DNA from: Cyanophora paradoxa CCMP329
Lineage: Eukaryota > Plantae > Glaucophyta
Assembly (NCBI GenBank): GCA_004431415.1
Contig: QPMI01000232.1
Location: 1 to 64,000 of the forward strand
DNA: 64,000 bases
Reading direction: 5' to 3'
A program made the translations under genes and the position numbers. Under the pieces are notes generated by a model. It saw only the letters and a list, made by a program, of their open reading frames with translations, had not been told where the DNA came from and searched no databases. Shown here piece after piece: positions 11,101 to 22,900 of this stretch. How positions within the stretch are numbered: the first letter of the stretch is position 1; the number at the start of each line of letters is the position of its first letter.

Positions 11101-14100
11101 TCATCGCGCAGGAACTGAACGCGCGGCTCGACGCTGTGCACGCGCGCGCGGCGGCAGCGACGGCGGCGGCGGCGGCGGGGCCGGCGGCGGGGCCGCGGCC
11201 GAGGGGCAGGGCCCGGCCCTCGAGAGGCGCCTGGAGGCCGTCCGCGGGCGGGTGAGCGAGGGACGGCACAGGCCTCCCGGCCCCTCAGAATTCTCTCATC
11301 TGTCCCCTCGTTTCTGATCATGGGCCGGGCCACGCCGCAGGCCGAGACGCTCGCTGGGCCGAGCCGCGCCGGGGGCCGGCGGCGGCGGCGGCGGCGTCCC
11401 CGCCGGCCCCCGCGGTCCCCTCGTGGACCCCGCCGGCTGCCTCCGCGGCGCCGGTGCCCGTCCGCGTGGCGGCGGTGCGCTCCGCGAGCTCTGACTCCCT
11501 CGTCCGCGTGAGGTGCGCGGGCCGGGGGAAGGATCGTCCGAAGTCGCTTTCCGAGTCGCCCTCTGACGTGTGCCGCCGCTGCCGCCGCCGCCGCCGCCGC
11601 CGCAGCTACGACAGCGTCGGGAGCGGCGGCGGCGGCGGCGGCGGGCCCCCGCTTCCTTTCTCCATCGACGGGAGCCCTGTCAAGAAGGTGGGGCCCGGCC
11701 CTGTTCGCGACTTGGGAGAGGGCGGCGCGGCTCACGCGGGCGCCGGCAGGGGCCCCGCCTCGGGGGCGTCCCCCGCACCATCGTCGCGCCCCGCGCCGCC
11801 CCCGCCGACCGCGAGCCGGCGGCGCCCTCCGCGCCTGTGCCCGCGCCCGCGGCGGCGGGCGCGGGGACGCCGGCGCCGCCGCCGCCGCCGCCGGAGAGCA
11901 CGCCGGCCTCGTCCTACTCCGGGACGACAGCGTCCCTGGGCTCCGCCTCCGCCTCCGCCTCCAACGGCGGCGCCCTGCGCGGCAGCGCCGCCGCCGGCTT
12001 CGAGGCACTGGGGCTCTCCCCCATCCGCCCCTCCTCGGCGGCGGCGGCCGGGCACGCGGCGGCCGCCGCAGCGTACGAGGCGGCGCTCGCGTCGGCGCGG
12101 CGGGCGGCGGCTAACGGGGCCGGCGCCGGCGACTCGTGGGCCTCCGCCTCGGCCTCTATGGAGGACGACCCGGAGGCGAGTCGGGACGAGATGCGCCGCG
12201 GCCTCGCCGCCCAGGTCCGCCGTCCCCTCGTAAAGAACCAAGCTTGAGCTTAAGTAAGCCTGGTGGTGCAGTATTTGGCGGCGGAGCGGGCGGCCGAGGA
12301 GATCCAGGGGGCCCTGGCGCTCCTGAAGGCCTCCCCGGGGCTCTCCGCGAAGCCGACGGTCGCCCCGCCGGCCTCGCCGACGCCCTCGACGCCGCGCAGC
12401 CGCGCCTCGGGCCCGCCCTCCGCCTCGGCCTCGGGCAAGACGACCCCTCGCGCCCTCTTCCGCGTCGACAGGGGCCGCTCCCTCGACGGGCCCCTCGCCC
12501 CCGCCCCCGGGCGGCCCCCCGCCTACCCCTCCCACTCCGGGCCTGCCGGCGCCGTCCGCTAGATGGATAAACAGCGCCAGCTGACACACTTTGCAATATT
12601 CGATGTTAACGTTGCAAAATTCGATTTAGGCTAGAGCTCAGGACGGCTTACGCGTAGTACACTCGGTGCAGCTTGACGCACAAGAGGAGGACGGGGACCA
12701 TTGCGAGGGCGTGCAGGGCGGAGCCCGCGGCCTTGAACGCGGCCCCGGCCATCGAGGAGCGGGGGACGAGCCCGACGCCCACGGCGTCGGCGAAGTAGCC
12801 CGCGGCCATGAAGGCGACCGCGATCTGCAGGTAGCGAGCAGCAGCCGCGCCCTGCGCATGCATGCATACGCGCGTGCATATGCATGCATATGCGCAAAAA
12901 TTTAAAGCGCACCACGGCTGCGCCCTGCACATGTGCTGCGCACCGGTACCGTCGGCTCGCAATCCAAAACAAATGCGCGCGCAACACGTCAACGTTAACG
13001 CGCACCTGCAAGAGGATCCCGGAGCTGCGCGCGATCGAGCTCCGCCATCAAGATGTTCTCGCCTGCGGCAAGGGCCAGAATGAGGGAGATCGATATCTAC
13101 TAGGCTAGACAAGGGGAAATCCTAAAATATTCGAGGGGATCCGGAGAGGGGAGGAAGTATACTTCTGGGGAAGCTTAATTATAAGGGTGGAGGTGAATTT
13201 CCGACTCTTGAGCTCGAGGGATCCGCGGCCGGAGGGGAGGGGAATCGAAGTTTGCAGCACTGCGCCGCGTAACTGCGGCTTCGAAGTTTGCGAATGACCA
13301 CGTGCACTGCGGACAAGCGCGCGTGCGCGCGCGACGTACGTATACCTGCGCTGCTGCCTCTCTCGCTGGTTCGAGCATTGCATTTTGTAATGGTGAGGTC
13401 TTGCAACCTTCAAATTAAATATTTGTGCCGGGCGCCTTGCAAATTTAATTTCGCGCGGGAGACTCTGAGAGCGATCTGCCGAGCAGGAAACCATTTGCTC
13501 GACGTACGTATACGCGGGCGCGAGTTCAAGACGACCCGCGCCACTCTCCTATCGAGCCCTAGGCCTGGCACCACATTTTTCACCTCTCTTAAGCTTCTCG
13601 AAGAAAGGTGCGCGCGCGCGTGTGCGCCGCGCGCGGGTGTGGTTTTCGCGTGCTGTATAATTAACTGCTTTGCATTCATATTTCGAGCTGCCGCGGACGT
13701 ATACGTATAGAAAACTTTGAAATATATCTATAAAGGGAGGAGGGGAGCTAGAGAGCAGCTAGTATACGTTAATATAACTGCAAACTTTTCCGGGGAGGAG
13801 GGGCCGGAATCCGGGAGGTGAATTTCCGATTGCTGAGCTCGGGGGGAGGTTCGCAGCAACTGCCGAGTAACTGCCGATCGCGAATTCCGACATCGATCGC
13901 GAGTAAATTGCAAATTAATTTCGCGCGGGAGAGCAATCTGCCGAGCTGACTCACTCATCGCTCCGCTTCGCGCAGGATTACATTATGCTCGAAGTCCGCG
14001 GGCGCGAGTTCAAGGCGACCTGCGCCACTCTCTTGTCGAGCCCCGGCGCCACATTTTTCACCTCGCGATCGCTTCTCGAAGGAAGGTGCGCGTGCGCGTG

Positions 14101-16019
14101 TGTGCCGGCGCCGCGCGCGGGTGTGATTTTCGCGCGCTGTATAAGTAGCTGCTTTGCATTAAATATTAATATCTCGAGCTGCCGCGGACGTCGACGTCGC
14201 TTTTGCGAGCTTCATGATCATGATCAGCTGATTCGGATTTCGCGCGCTCGCCTTTAATCTCGCAGCATTAATTATACTCCGAGCGCTCGGACGGGGGAGG
14301 GCGCGTACGTCGTCGACCGCGACCCGGGATTGTTCGAAATCGTACTCGGCTTCCTCTCCAGCGGCATCTTTGCCGCCTCGGCGCGAGACTCGTCGCCATC
14401 TCCGACATGCCTTCACTTGCAATTGGCCCTCTCGACCCAGCCCGCGCACTCCGCCGCTACCTCGCCCATTTCTCGCCGGTCGAGCGCGGCCAGGAGGTGC
14501 CCCTGTTCGCGAAGGCGTGGGGGGCCGGCGAGGCACTCTCCTACACCTACATCAACGTCCTCCCAAGCGGATCGCCTCGTCCCTCGGCCTCGACGCCGGA
14601 GACTACTCCTCGCTTTCGTTCCGCCACACGGGCCCAACCTGGGCAGCCCTCGGGGCACCCCGAAGCGGCTCCTCGACACGCACGGCCGCTGGTCGCGATT
14701 GCATCGCAGCGCCGCGTCCGAGGCCTACGTCATGATGCGGCCGCCGAGCTCCAAGGCCAGGCCTGCGCCTTCATGGAGCAGTACGTCTCAGGGGCCATGC
14801 AGGGCCGCCGCTGACCGGATCAGAGCCGCCGGGCTCACGCTTGATCCCTCCTTGGCTTGCGCTCGCGATCGGCCGCGGGCGGGAAGCCAGCGGCAGTAGC
14901 GTTTTGCGAGATCTGATCGGTCCCGAATCGCGGCTTGTCATGGTATTAATATTTGTTAACGGACCGATTTCTGAGGGACCTGCTGCTGCCGCAGTGCTAG
15001 CGCTGCAGCTGCTGCTGCTGACCCGAATTGCTGCCTGGCTTTTGATGCTGTACCCCCGAAGAAATCGCGTAACCCAGCGAGGCGCGATCCGAAATAGCGT
15101 ACCCGCGTGGCGCGATTTGCGTACCCCCGCGGCAAACGGGGGGTGAAGAGATATCCCCCCCCAACCACGCCTGTTAGGCAATACGTGGTCTCCCTTTTCG
15201 GCCTCAGGGGACCCTCCCTCGGGTCGACCTCCTTTAATTTGCAATTGGAGCCATATGCATGACGCGACGGTCACGGCCCAATGAGGCCGTACCCCTTCAT
15301 CTCCCTCTCGCCCTTTAAGGCTTGCGTATCAAGTTGCAAACTTGCAATTGCGATCAGACGGCCCGGACGGCGGATCGGACGCGCGCCGAGCACCGCAGCC
15401 GCGGGCGGACTCCCGGCGGAGCGTACTAGCTATAGTACGGTACTACTGAGCGTAGAAGAAGTGTTCAATCTTTTAATCAGCCTCTGGTCTCAATTCTGAC
15501 CGAAGGGAAGAAGAGACCAGAGGCTCTAGTATCCACTTTTGACCCACAAATCGAGGTTCCTCTCGAGGTTTTGGGTATTAGGTATGCTATGGATCGCTGT
15601 TAAAGATTCTGTGATGTCATTATGACGTTGAACTATTGTTAAAAGATTCGGTGATGTCATTATGACGATCAATGGGTGTTATTAGATTCTGTCAGCTGAC
15701 TGCGGGGGGGTACAGGTTTGTGCGAAAGCTCCGTGAGACCGTCCTCGGCTCCTTTCTGACTTGCAATTGGCATGACGACGTGCGCTCGCGCTCCGGCCTG
15801 CGCTGCTGGGGTCGCGATCGATCGCGATCGAAGAACGGTTTACCCATCTGTTCTATACGGTATACCCATCTGTCGATGAAGGACGGTACATCCATCAGCG
15901 GCTTGCAGGCTCAGTCGTCATTGGTGTGCGGCAGTTGTGTCGGTGCTGCATGCGCAGTCGTCATATGTGCGCGGCAGTAGTCCGGGTCCGCAGTGTGCGA
16001 GGTGCGGTTGCGAGGCGCA

Positions 16020-16920
16020 GCGCGCCATGTTGGCCTGATCGAACTACCCGCAGATGAGCTATAGCTAGCGCTGCGCATGCGTCGCTCTCGCTTGTCTAGG
16101 ATAGCGTGCGCCCTCGCTAGCCGCGGATCGGAACTTCGATTCGGCCGCGGAGCGGACTGCTTATGCATGCGCGCATGCGCAGTGCCGCGGTGCGCCCGCA
16201 GACGCCTTCCCCGCGGACTGATCGCATGCACTGACCTGCTGGAGAATGCAGATTGACGAAAGAAGAGCAGCTATCATTGGTGCGCGGCGCCGGCTCTTGC
16301 GTGCGCCATGCCGGCAGGGCGCCATATGCATGTTGGCTACCGACCTCTGATCATGATCGAACTGGCCGCAGATGAGCTAGCGCTGCGCATGCGTCGCTCT
16401 CGCTTGTCTAGGATAGCGTGCGCCAGCGCCCTCTCTAGCCGCGGATCGGAACTTCGGAGCGGACTGCTTATGCAGTGCCGCGGTGCGCCCGCAGACGCCT
16501 TCCCCGCGAACTGATCGCATGCACTGACCTGCTGGAGAATGCAGATTGACGAAAGAAGAGCGGGGCAGCTATCATAGGTGCGCGACTCTTGCGTGCCGGC
16601 AGGGCGCCATGTTGGTCACCGACCTCGAGCTCTGATCATGATCGAACTGGCCGCAGATGAGTTAGCGCTGCGCATGCGTCGCTCTCGCTTGTCTAGGATA
16701 GCGTGCGCCGGCGCCCTCGCTAGCCGCGGATCGGAACTTCGGAGCGGACCGCTTATGCAGTGCGGCGGTGCGCCCGCAGACGCCTTCCCCGCGGACTGAT
16801 CGCATGCACTGACCTGCTGGAGAATGCAGATTGACGAAAGAAGAGCGGGGCAGCTATCATAGGTGCGCGACTCTTGCGTGCCGGCAGGGTGCCCTGTTCG
16901 CCAACGACTTCTGATCGAAC
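16020..16920. repeat. Three diverged tandem copies of a ~285-bp unit related to the satellite spacer
   Basis: CTGATCGCATGCACTGACCTGCTGGAGAATGCAGATTGACGAAAGAAGAGC recurs at ~16218, 16511 and 16796. The unit shares GATCGAAC..GCCGCAGATGAGCTAG with the spacer blocks. Confidence 0.9.
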
Positions 16921-16968
16921 CGGCCGCAGATGAGCTAGCGTCAGTGTCGGACGACCATCCGATGATCC

Positions 16969-19900
16969 GGCGGGGCGGGGAGAGGGGCGTACCCGCCTAC
17001 GCCTCAGCAAGGGGTACGCCACCGGCCGCCCCCGCATCCCGCCCAAGCTCAGCTCGGTTGCCAAGTTGACCTGCTTGCAGGCGAAGCGCAGGCGACAGGC
17101 GCGCCATTTGGGGCGGCGGGGATAGGGGCGTACCCGCGTAAGCCTCAGAAAGGGGTACGCCACCGGCCGCCCCTGTACCCCCGCCCAAGCTCAGCGCGGT
17201 TGCCCTGCTCGCAGGCAAGGCGCAGGCGACGGGCGCACCATTCCGCGGGGCGGGGAGAGGGGCGTACCCGCCTAGGCCTCAGCAAGGGGTACGCCACCGG
17301 CCGCCCCCGCATCCCCGCCCAAGCTGAACTCGGTTGCCCTGCTCGCAGGCAAGGTGCAGGCGACGGGCGCCCCGTTCGGCGGCGCCGGGAGAGGGGCGTA
17401 CCCGCGTAAGCCTCAGAAAGGGGTACGCCACCGGCCGCCCCCGTACCTCCGCCCAAGCTCAGCGCGGTTGCCCTGCTCGCAGGCAAGGCGCAGGCGACGG
17501 GCGCGCCATTTGGCGGGGCGGGGACAGGGAGTTCCCGCCTACGCCTCAGCAAGGGGTACGCCACCGGCCGCCCCCGTACCCCCGCCCAAGCTCAGCCCGG
17601 TTGCCCTGCTCGCAGGCAAGGTGCAGGCGACGGGCGCCCCGTTCGGCGGCGCCGGGAGAGGGGCGTTCCCACCTACGCCTCAGAAAGGGGTACGCCACCG
17701 GCCGCCCCCGTACCCCCACCCAAGCTCAGCCCGGTTGCCCTGCTCGCAGGCAAGGCGCAGGCGACGGGCGCACCGTTTGGCGGCACGGGGAGAGGGGCGT
17801 TCCCGCCTACGCCTCAGCAAGGGGTACGCCGCCGGCCGCCCCCGTACCCCCGCCCAAGCTCAGCCCGGTTGACCTGCTCGCAGGCAAGGCGCAGGCAACA
17901 GGTTCACCATTCGGCGGGGCGGGGAGAGGGGCGTTCCCGGCTACGCCTCAGCAAGGGGTACGCCACCGACCGCCCTCTTACCCCCTCCCAAGCTCGGTCG
18001 CGTCAACCGGCTTGCAGGCTCAGTCATCATAGGTGCGCGGCAGTTGCGTCGGTGCTGCAGTCGTCATAGGTGCGCGGCAGTTGCGTCGGTGCTGCAGTCG
18101 TCATAGGTGCACGGCAGTCATCCGGGTGCTGTAGTGGACGAGGTGCGGTTGTTGGTATCTCGCTTGTTTGCAGGGCGCCCTATTAAGCGCCTATTCCTGA
18201 TCGAACCGGCCGCAGATGAGCTAGTGCTCCGTCGCATTCGCCAGCCGGCTGCAGTGCTTCGGGCGGCGTGGGTTCCGGCCGATCTCGCGTGCCTGGCCGC
18301 TGGAAACAGCGGCGCGTGGGGAGGGGGGCAACCCCCTCCCTGCCTGGCCGGACCTATCCGAGCAAATTTTTTTTTCCGATCTCGCGTGCCTGGCTGGGTG
18401 AGCTGCGAACCGGCAGGGCGCCCTGTTCGGCTCCGATTTCTGATCGAATCCTCCGCAGACAAACAAGCGCTCCAGAGCCGTCGCTTTCTGTCGCTCTTGC
18501 TTGCTGGCTGCAACGCTTCGGGCGCAGCAGGGTCTGGCAGGATCGGCGCAAGTGTCGGACGGCCATCTGCCGGGGCGGGGAGAGGGGCGTACCTGCCTAC
18601 GCCTCAGCAAGGGGTACGCCACTGGCCGCCCCCGCATCCCCGCCCAAGCTCAGCTCCGTTGACCTGCTTGCAGGCGAAGCGCAGGCGACAGGCGCGCCAT
18701 TTGGGGCGGTGGGGATAGGGATGTACCCGCGTAACCCTCAGAAAGGTGTACGCCACCGGCCGCCCCCGTACCCCCGCCCAAGCTCAGCGCGGTTGCCCTG
18801 CTCGCAGGCAAGGCGCAGGCGACGGGCGCACCATTCCGCGGGGCAGGGAGAGGGGCGTACCCACCTACGCATCAGCAAGGGGTACGCCACCGGCCGCCCC
18901 TGCACCCCCGCCCAAGCTCAGGCCGGCTGACCTGCTTGCAGGCGAGGTGCAGGCAACAGGTTCACCATTCGGCGGGGCGGGGAGAGGGGCGTACCCGCGT
19001 AAGCCTCAGAAAGGGGTACGCCACCGGCCGCCCCCGTACCTCCGCCCAAGCTCAGCGCGGTTGCCCTGCTCGCAGGCAAGGCGCAGGCGACGGGCGCGCC
19101 ATTTGGCGGGGCGGGGACAGGGAGTTTCCGCCTACGCCTCAGCAAGGGGTACGCCGCCGGCCTCCCTCGTACCCCCGCCCAAGCTCAGCTCGGTTGACCT
19201 GCTTGCAGGCGAAGCGCAGGCGACAGGCGCGCCAGTTGGGGCGGCGGGGATAGGGGCGTACCCCTTAAGCCTCAGAAAGGGGTACGCCACCGGCCGCCCC
19301 CGTACCCCCGCCCAAGCTCAGCGCTCAGCCCGGTTGCCCTGCTCACAGGCAAGGCGCAGGCGACGGGCGCGCCGTTCGGCGGCACGGGGAGAGGGGCGTT
19401 CCCACCTACGCCTCAGAAAGGGGTACGCCACCGGCCGCCCCCGTGCCTCCGCCCAAGCTCAGCGCGGTTGCCCTGCTCGCAGGCAAGGCGCAAGCACGGG
19501 CGCGCCATTCGGGGGGGCGGGGACAGGGAGTTCCCGCCTACGCCTCAGCAAGGGGTACGCCGCCGGCCGCCCCCGTACCCCCGCCCAAGCTCAGCCCGGT
19601 TGACCTGCTCGCAGGCAAGGCGCAGGCAACAGGTTCACCATTCGGCGGGGCGGGGAGAGGGGCGTTCCCGGCTACGCCTCAGCAAGGGGTACGCCACCGA
19701 CCGCCCTCTTACCCCCTCCCAAGCTCGGTCGCGTCAACCGGCTTGCAGGCTCAGTCATCATAGGTGCGCGGCAGTTGCGTCGGTGCTGCAGTTGTCATAG
19801 GTGCGCGGTAGTTGCGTCGGTGCTGCAGTCGTCATAGGTGCACGGCAGTCATCCGGGTGCTGTAGTGGACGAGGTGCGGTTGTTGGTATCTCGCTTGTTT

Positions 19901-22900
19901 GCAGGGCGCCCTATTAAGCGCCTATTCCTGATCGAACCGGCCGCAGATGAGCTAGTGCTCCGTCGCATTCGCCAGCCGGCTGCAGTGCTTCGGGCGGCGT
20001 GGGTTCCGGCCGATCTCGCGTGCCTGGCTGGGTGAGCTGCAAACCGGCAGGGCGCCCTGTTCGGCTCCGATTTCTGATCGAATCCTCCGCAGACAAACAA
20101 GCGCTCCAGAGCCGTCGCTTTCTGTCGCTCTTGCTTGCTGGCTGCAACGCTTCGGGCGCAGCAGGGTCTGGCAGGATCGGCGCAAGTGTCGGACGGCCAT
20201 CTGCCGGGGCGGGGAGAGGGGCGTACCCGCCTACGCCTCAGCAAGGGGTACGCCACCGGCCGCCCCCGCATCCCGCCCAAGCTCAGCTCGGTTGCCAAGT
20301 TGACCTGCTTGCAGGCGAAGCGCAGGCGACAGGCGCGCCATTTGGGGCGGCGGGGATAGGGGCGTACCCGCGTAAGCCTCAGAAAGGGGTACGCCACCGG
20401 CCGCCCCCGTACCTCCGCCCAAGCTCAGCCCGGTTGCCCTGCTCGCAGGCAAGGCGCAGGCGACGGGCGCGCCATTTGGCGGGGCGGGGACAGGGAGTTT
20501 CCGCCTACGCCTCAGCAAGGGGTACGCCGCCGGCCTCCCTCGTACCCCCGCCCAACCTCAGCTCGGTTGACCTGCTTGCAGGGGAAGCGCAGGCGACAGG
20601 CGCGCCAGTTGGGGCGGCGGGGATAGGGGCGTACCCCTTAAGCCTCAGAAAGGGGTACGCCACCGGCCGCCCCCGTACCCCCGCCCAAGCTCAGCGCTCA
20701 GCGCGGTTGCCCTGCTCGCAGGCAAGGCGCAGGCGACGGGCGCGCCGTTCGGCGGCACGGGGGGAGGGACGTTCCCACCTACGCCTCAGAAAGGGGTACG
20801 CCACCGACCGCCCTCTTACCCCCGCCCAAGCTCGTTCAAGTCAACCGGCTTGCAGGCTAAGTCGTCATAGGTGCGCGGCAGTTGCGTTGGTGCTGCAGTC
20901 GTCAAAGGTGCGCGGCAGTGGTCCGGGCGCCGCAGTGGGCAAGGTGCGGTTGTTGGGATCTTACTTGTTGGCAGGGCCCCATGTAAGGCACCGATTTCTG
21001 ATCGAACCGGCCGCAGATGAGCTAGCGTCAGTGTCGGACGACCATCCGATGATCCGGCGGGGCGGGGAGAGGGGCGTACCCGCCTACGCCTCAGCAAGGG
21101 GTACGCCACCGGCCGCCCCCGCATCCCGCCCAAGCTCAGCTCGGTTGCCAAGTTGACCTGCTTGCAGGCGAAGCGCAGGCGACAGGCGCGCCATTTGGGG
21201 CGGCGGGGATAGGGGCGTACCCGCGTAAGCCTCAGAAAGGGGTACGCCACCGGCCGCCCCTGTACCCCCGCCCAAGCTCAGCGCGGTTGCCCTGCTCGCA
21301 GGCAAGGCGCAGGCGACGGGCGCACCATTCCGCGGGGCAGGGAGAGGGGCGTACCCGCCTAGGCCTCAGCAAGGGGTACGCCACCGGCCGCCCCCGCATC
21401 CCCGCCCAAGCTGAGCTCGGTTGCCCTGCTCGCAGGCAAGGTGCAGGCGACGGGCGCCCCGTTCGGCGGCACCGGGAGAGGGGCGTACCCGCGTAAGCCT
21501 CAGAAAGAGGTACGCCACCGGCCGCCCCCGTACCCCCGCCCAAGCTCAGCGCGGTTGCCCTGCTCGCAGGCAAGGCGCAGGCGACGGGCGCGCCATTTGG
21601 CGGGGCGGGGACAGGGAGTTCCCGCCTACGCCTCAGCAAGGGGTACGCCACCGGCCGCCCCCGTACCCCCGCCCAAGCTCAGCCCGGTTGCCCTGCTCGC
21701 AGGCAAGGTGCAGGCGACGGGCGCCCCGTTCGGCGGCGCCGGGAGAGGGGCGTTCCCACCTACGCCTCAGAAAGGGGTACGCCACCGGCCGCCCCCGTAC
21801 CCCCGCCCAAGCTCAGCGCGGTTGCCCTGCTCGCAGGCAAGGCGCAGGCGACGGGCGCACCGTTCGGCGGCACGGGGAGAGGGGCGTTCCCGCCTACGCC
21901 TCAGCAAGGGGTACGCCGCCGGCCGCCCCCGTACCCCCGCCCAAGCTCAGCCCGGTAGACCTGCTCGCAGGCAAGGCGCAGGCAACAGGTTCACCATTCG
22001 GCGGGGCGGGGAGAGGGGCGTTCCCGGCTACGCCTCAGCAAGGGGTACGCCACCGACCGCCCTCTTACCCCCTCCCAAGCTCGGTCGCGTCAACCGGCTT
22101 GCAGGCTCAGTCATCATAGGTGCGCGGCAGTTGCGTCGGTGCTGCAGTCGTCATAGGTGCGCGGCAGTTGCGTCGGTGCTGCAGTCGTCATAGGTGCACG
22201 GCAGTCATCCGGGTGCTGTAGTGGACGAGGTGCGGTTGTTGGTATCTCGCTTGTTTGCAGGGCGCCCTATTAAGCGCCTATTCCTGATCGAACCGGCCGC
22301 AGATGAGCTAGTGCTCCGTCGCATTCGCCAGCCGGCTGCAGTGCTTCGGGCGGCGTGGGTTCCGGCCGATCTCGCGTGCCTGGCTGGGTGAGCTGCGAAC
22401 CGGCAGGGCGCCCTGTTCGGCTCCGATTTCTGATCGAATCCTCCGCAGACAAACAAGCGCTCCAGAGCCGTCGCTTTCTGTCGCTCTTGCTTGCTGGCTG
22501 CAACGCTTCGGGCGCAGCAGGGTCTGGCAGGATCGGCGCAAGTGTCGGACGGCCATCTGCCGGGGCGGGGAGAGAGGCGTACCCGCCTACGCCTCAGCAA
22601 GGGGTACGCCACTGGCCGCCCCCGCATCCCCGCCCAAGCTCAGCTCCGTTGACCTGCTTGCAGGCGAAGCGCAGGCGACAGGCGCGCCATTTGGGGCGGT
22701 GGGGATAGGGATGTACCCGCGTAAGCCTCAGAAAGGGGTACGCCACCGGCCGCCCCCGTACCCCCGCCCAAGCTCAGCGCGGTTGCCCTGCTCGCAGGCA
22801 AGGCGCAGGCGACGGGCGCACCATTCCGCGGGGCAGGGAGAGGGGCGTACCCACCTACGCCTCAGCAAGGGGTACGCCACCGGCCGCCCCTGCACCCCCG

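Larger units (their letters stand above)
1..15611. repeat. Tandem triplication of a ~5.2-kb unit (copies 1-5195, 5196-10383, 10384-15607)
   Basis: The same sequence restarts at TCTGACGGCGCCCTCC at 1, 5196 and 10384. The third copy exits through GATTCTG|TGATG at ~15611. Differences seen between copies are almost all 1-bp indels in G/C runs. Confidence 0.97.

Noticed and set aside
18296-18360. Group II intron domains V/VI
   Set aside because: GAGCCG..GAAA and the following G/C hairpin resemble them, but the stem is too short, lacks the DV bulge and branch-A context, and long TSDs indicate TPRT.
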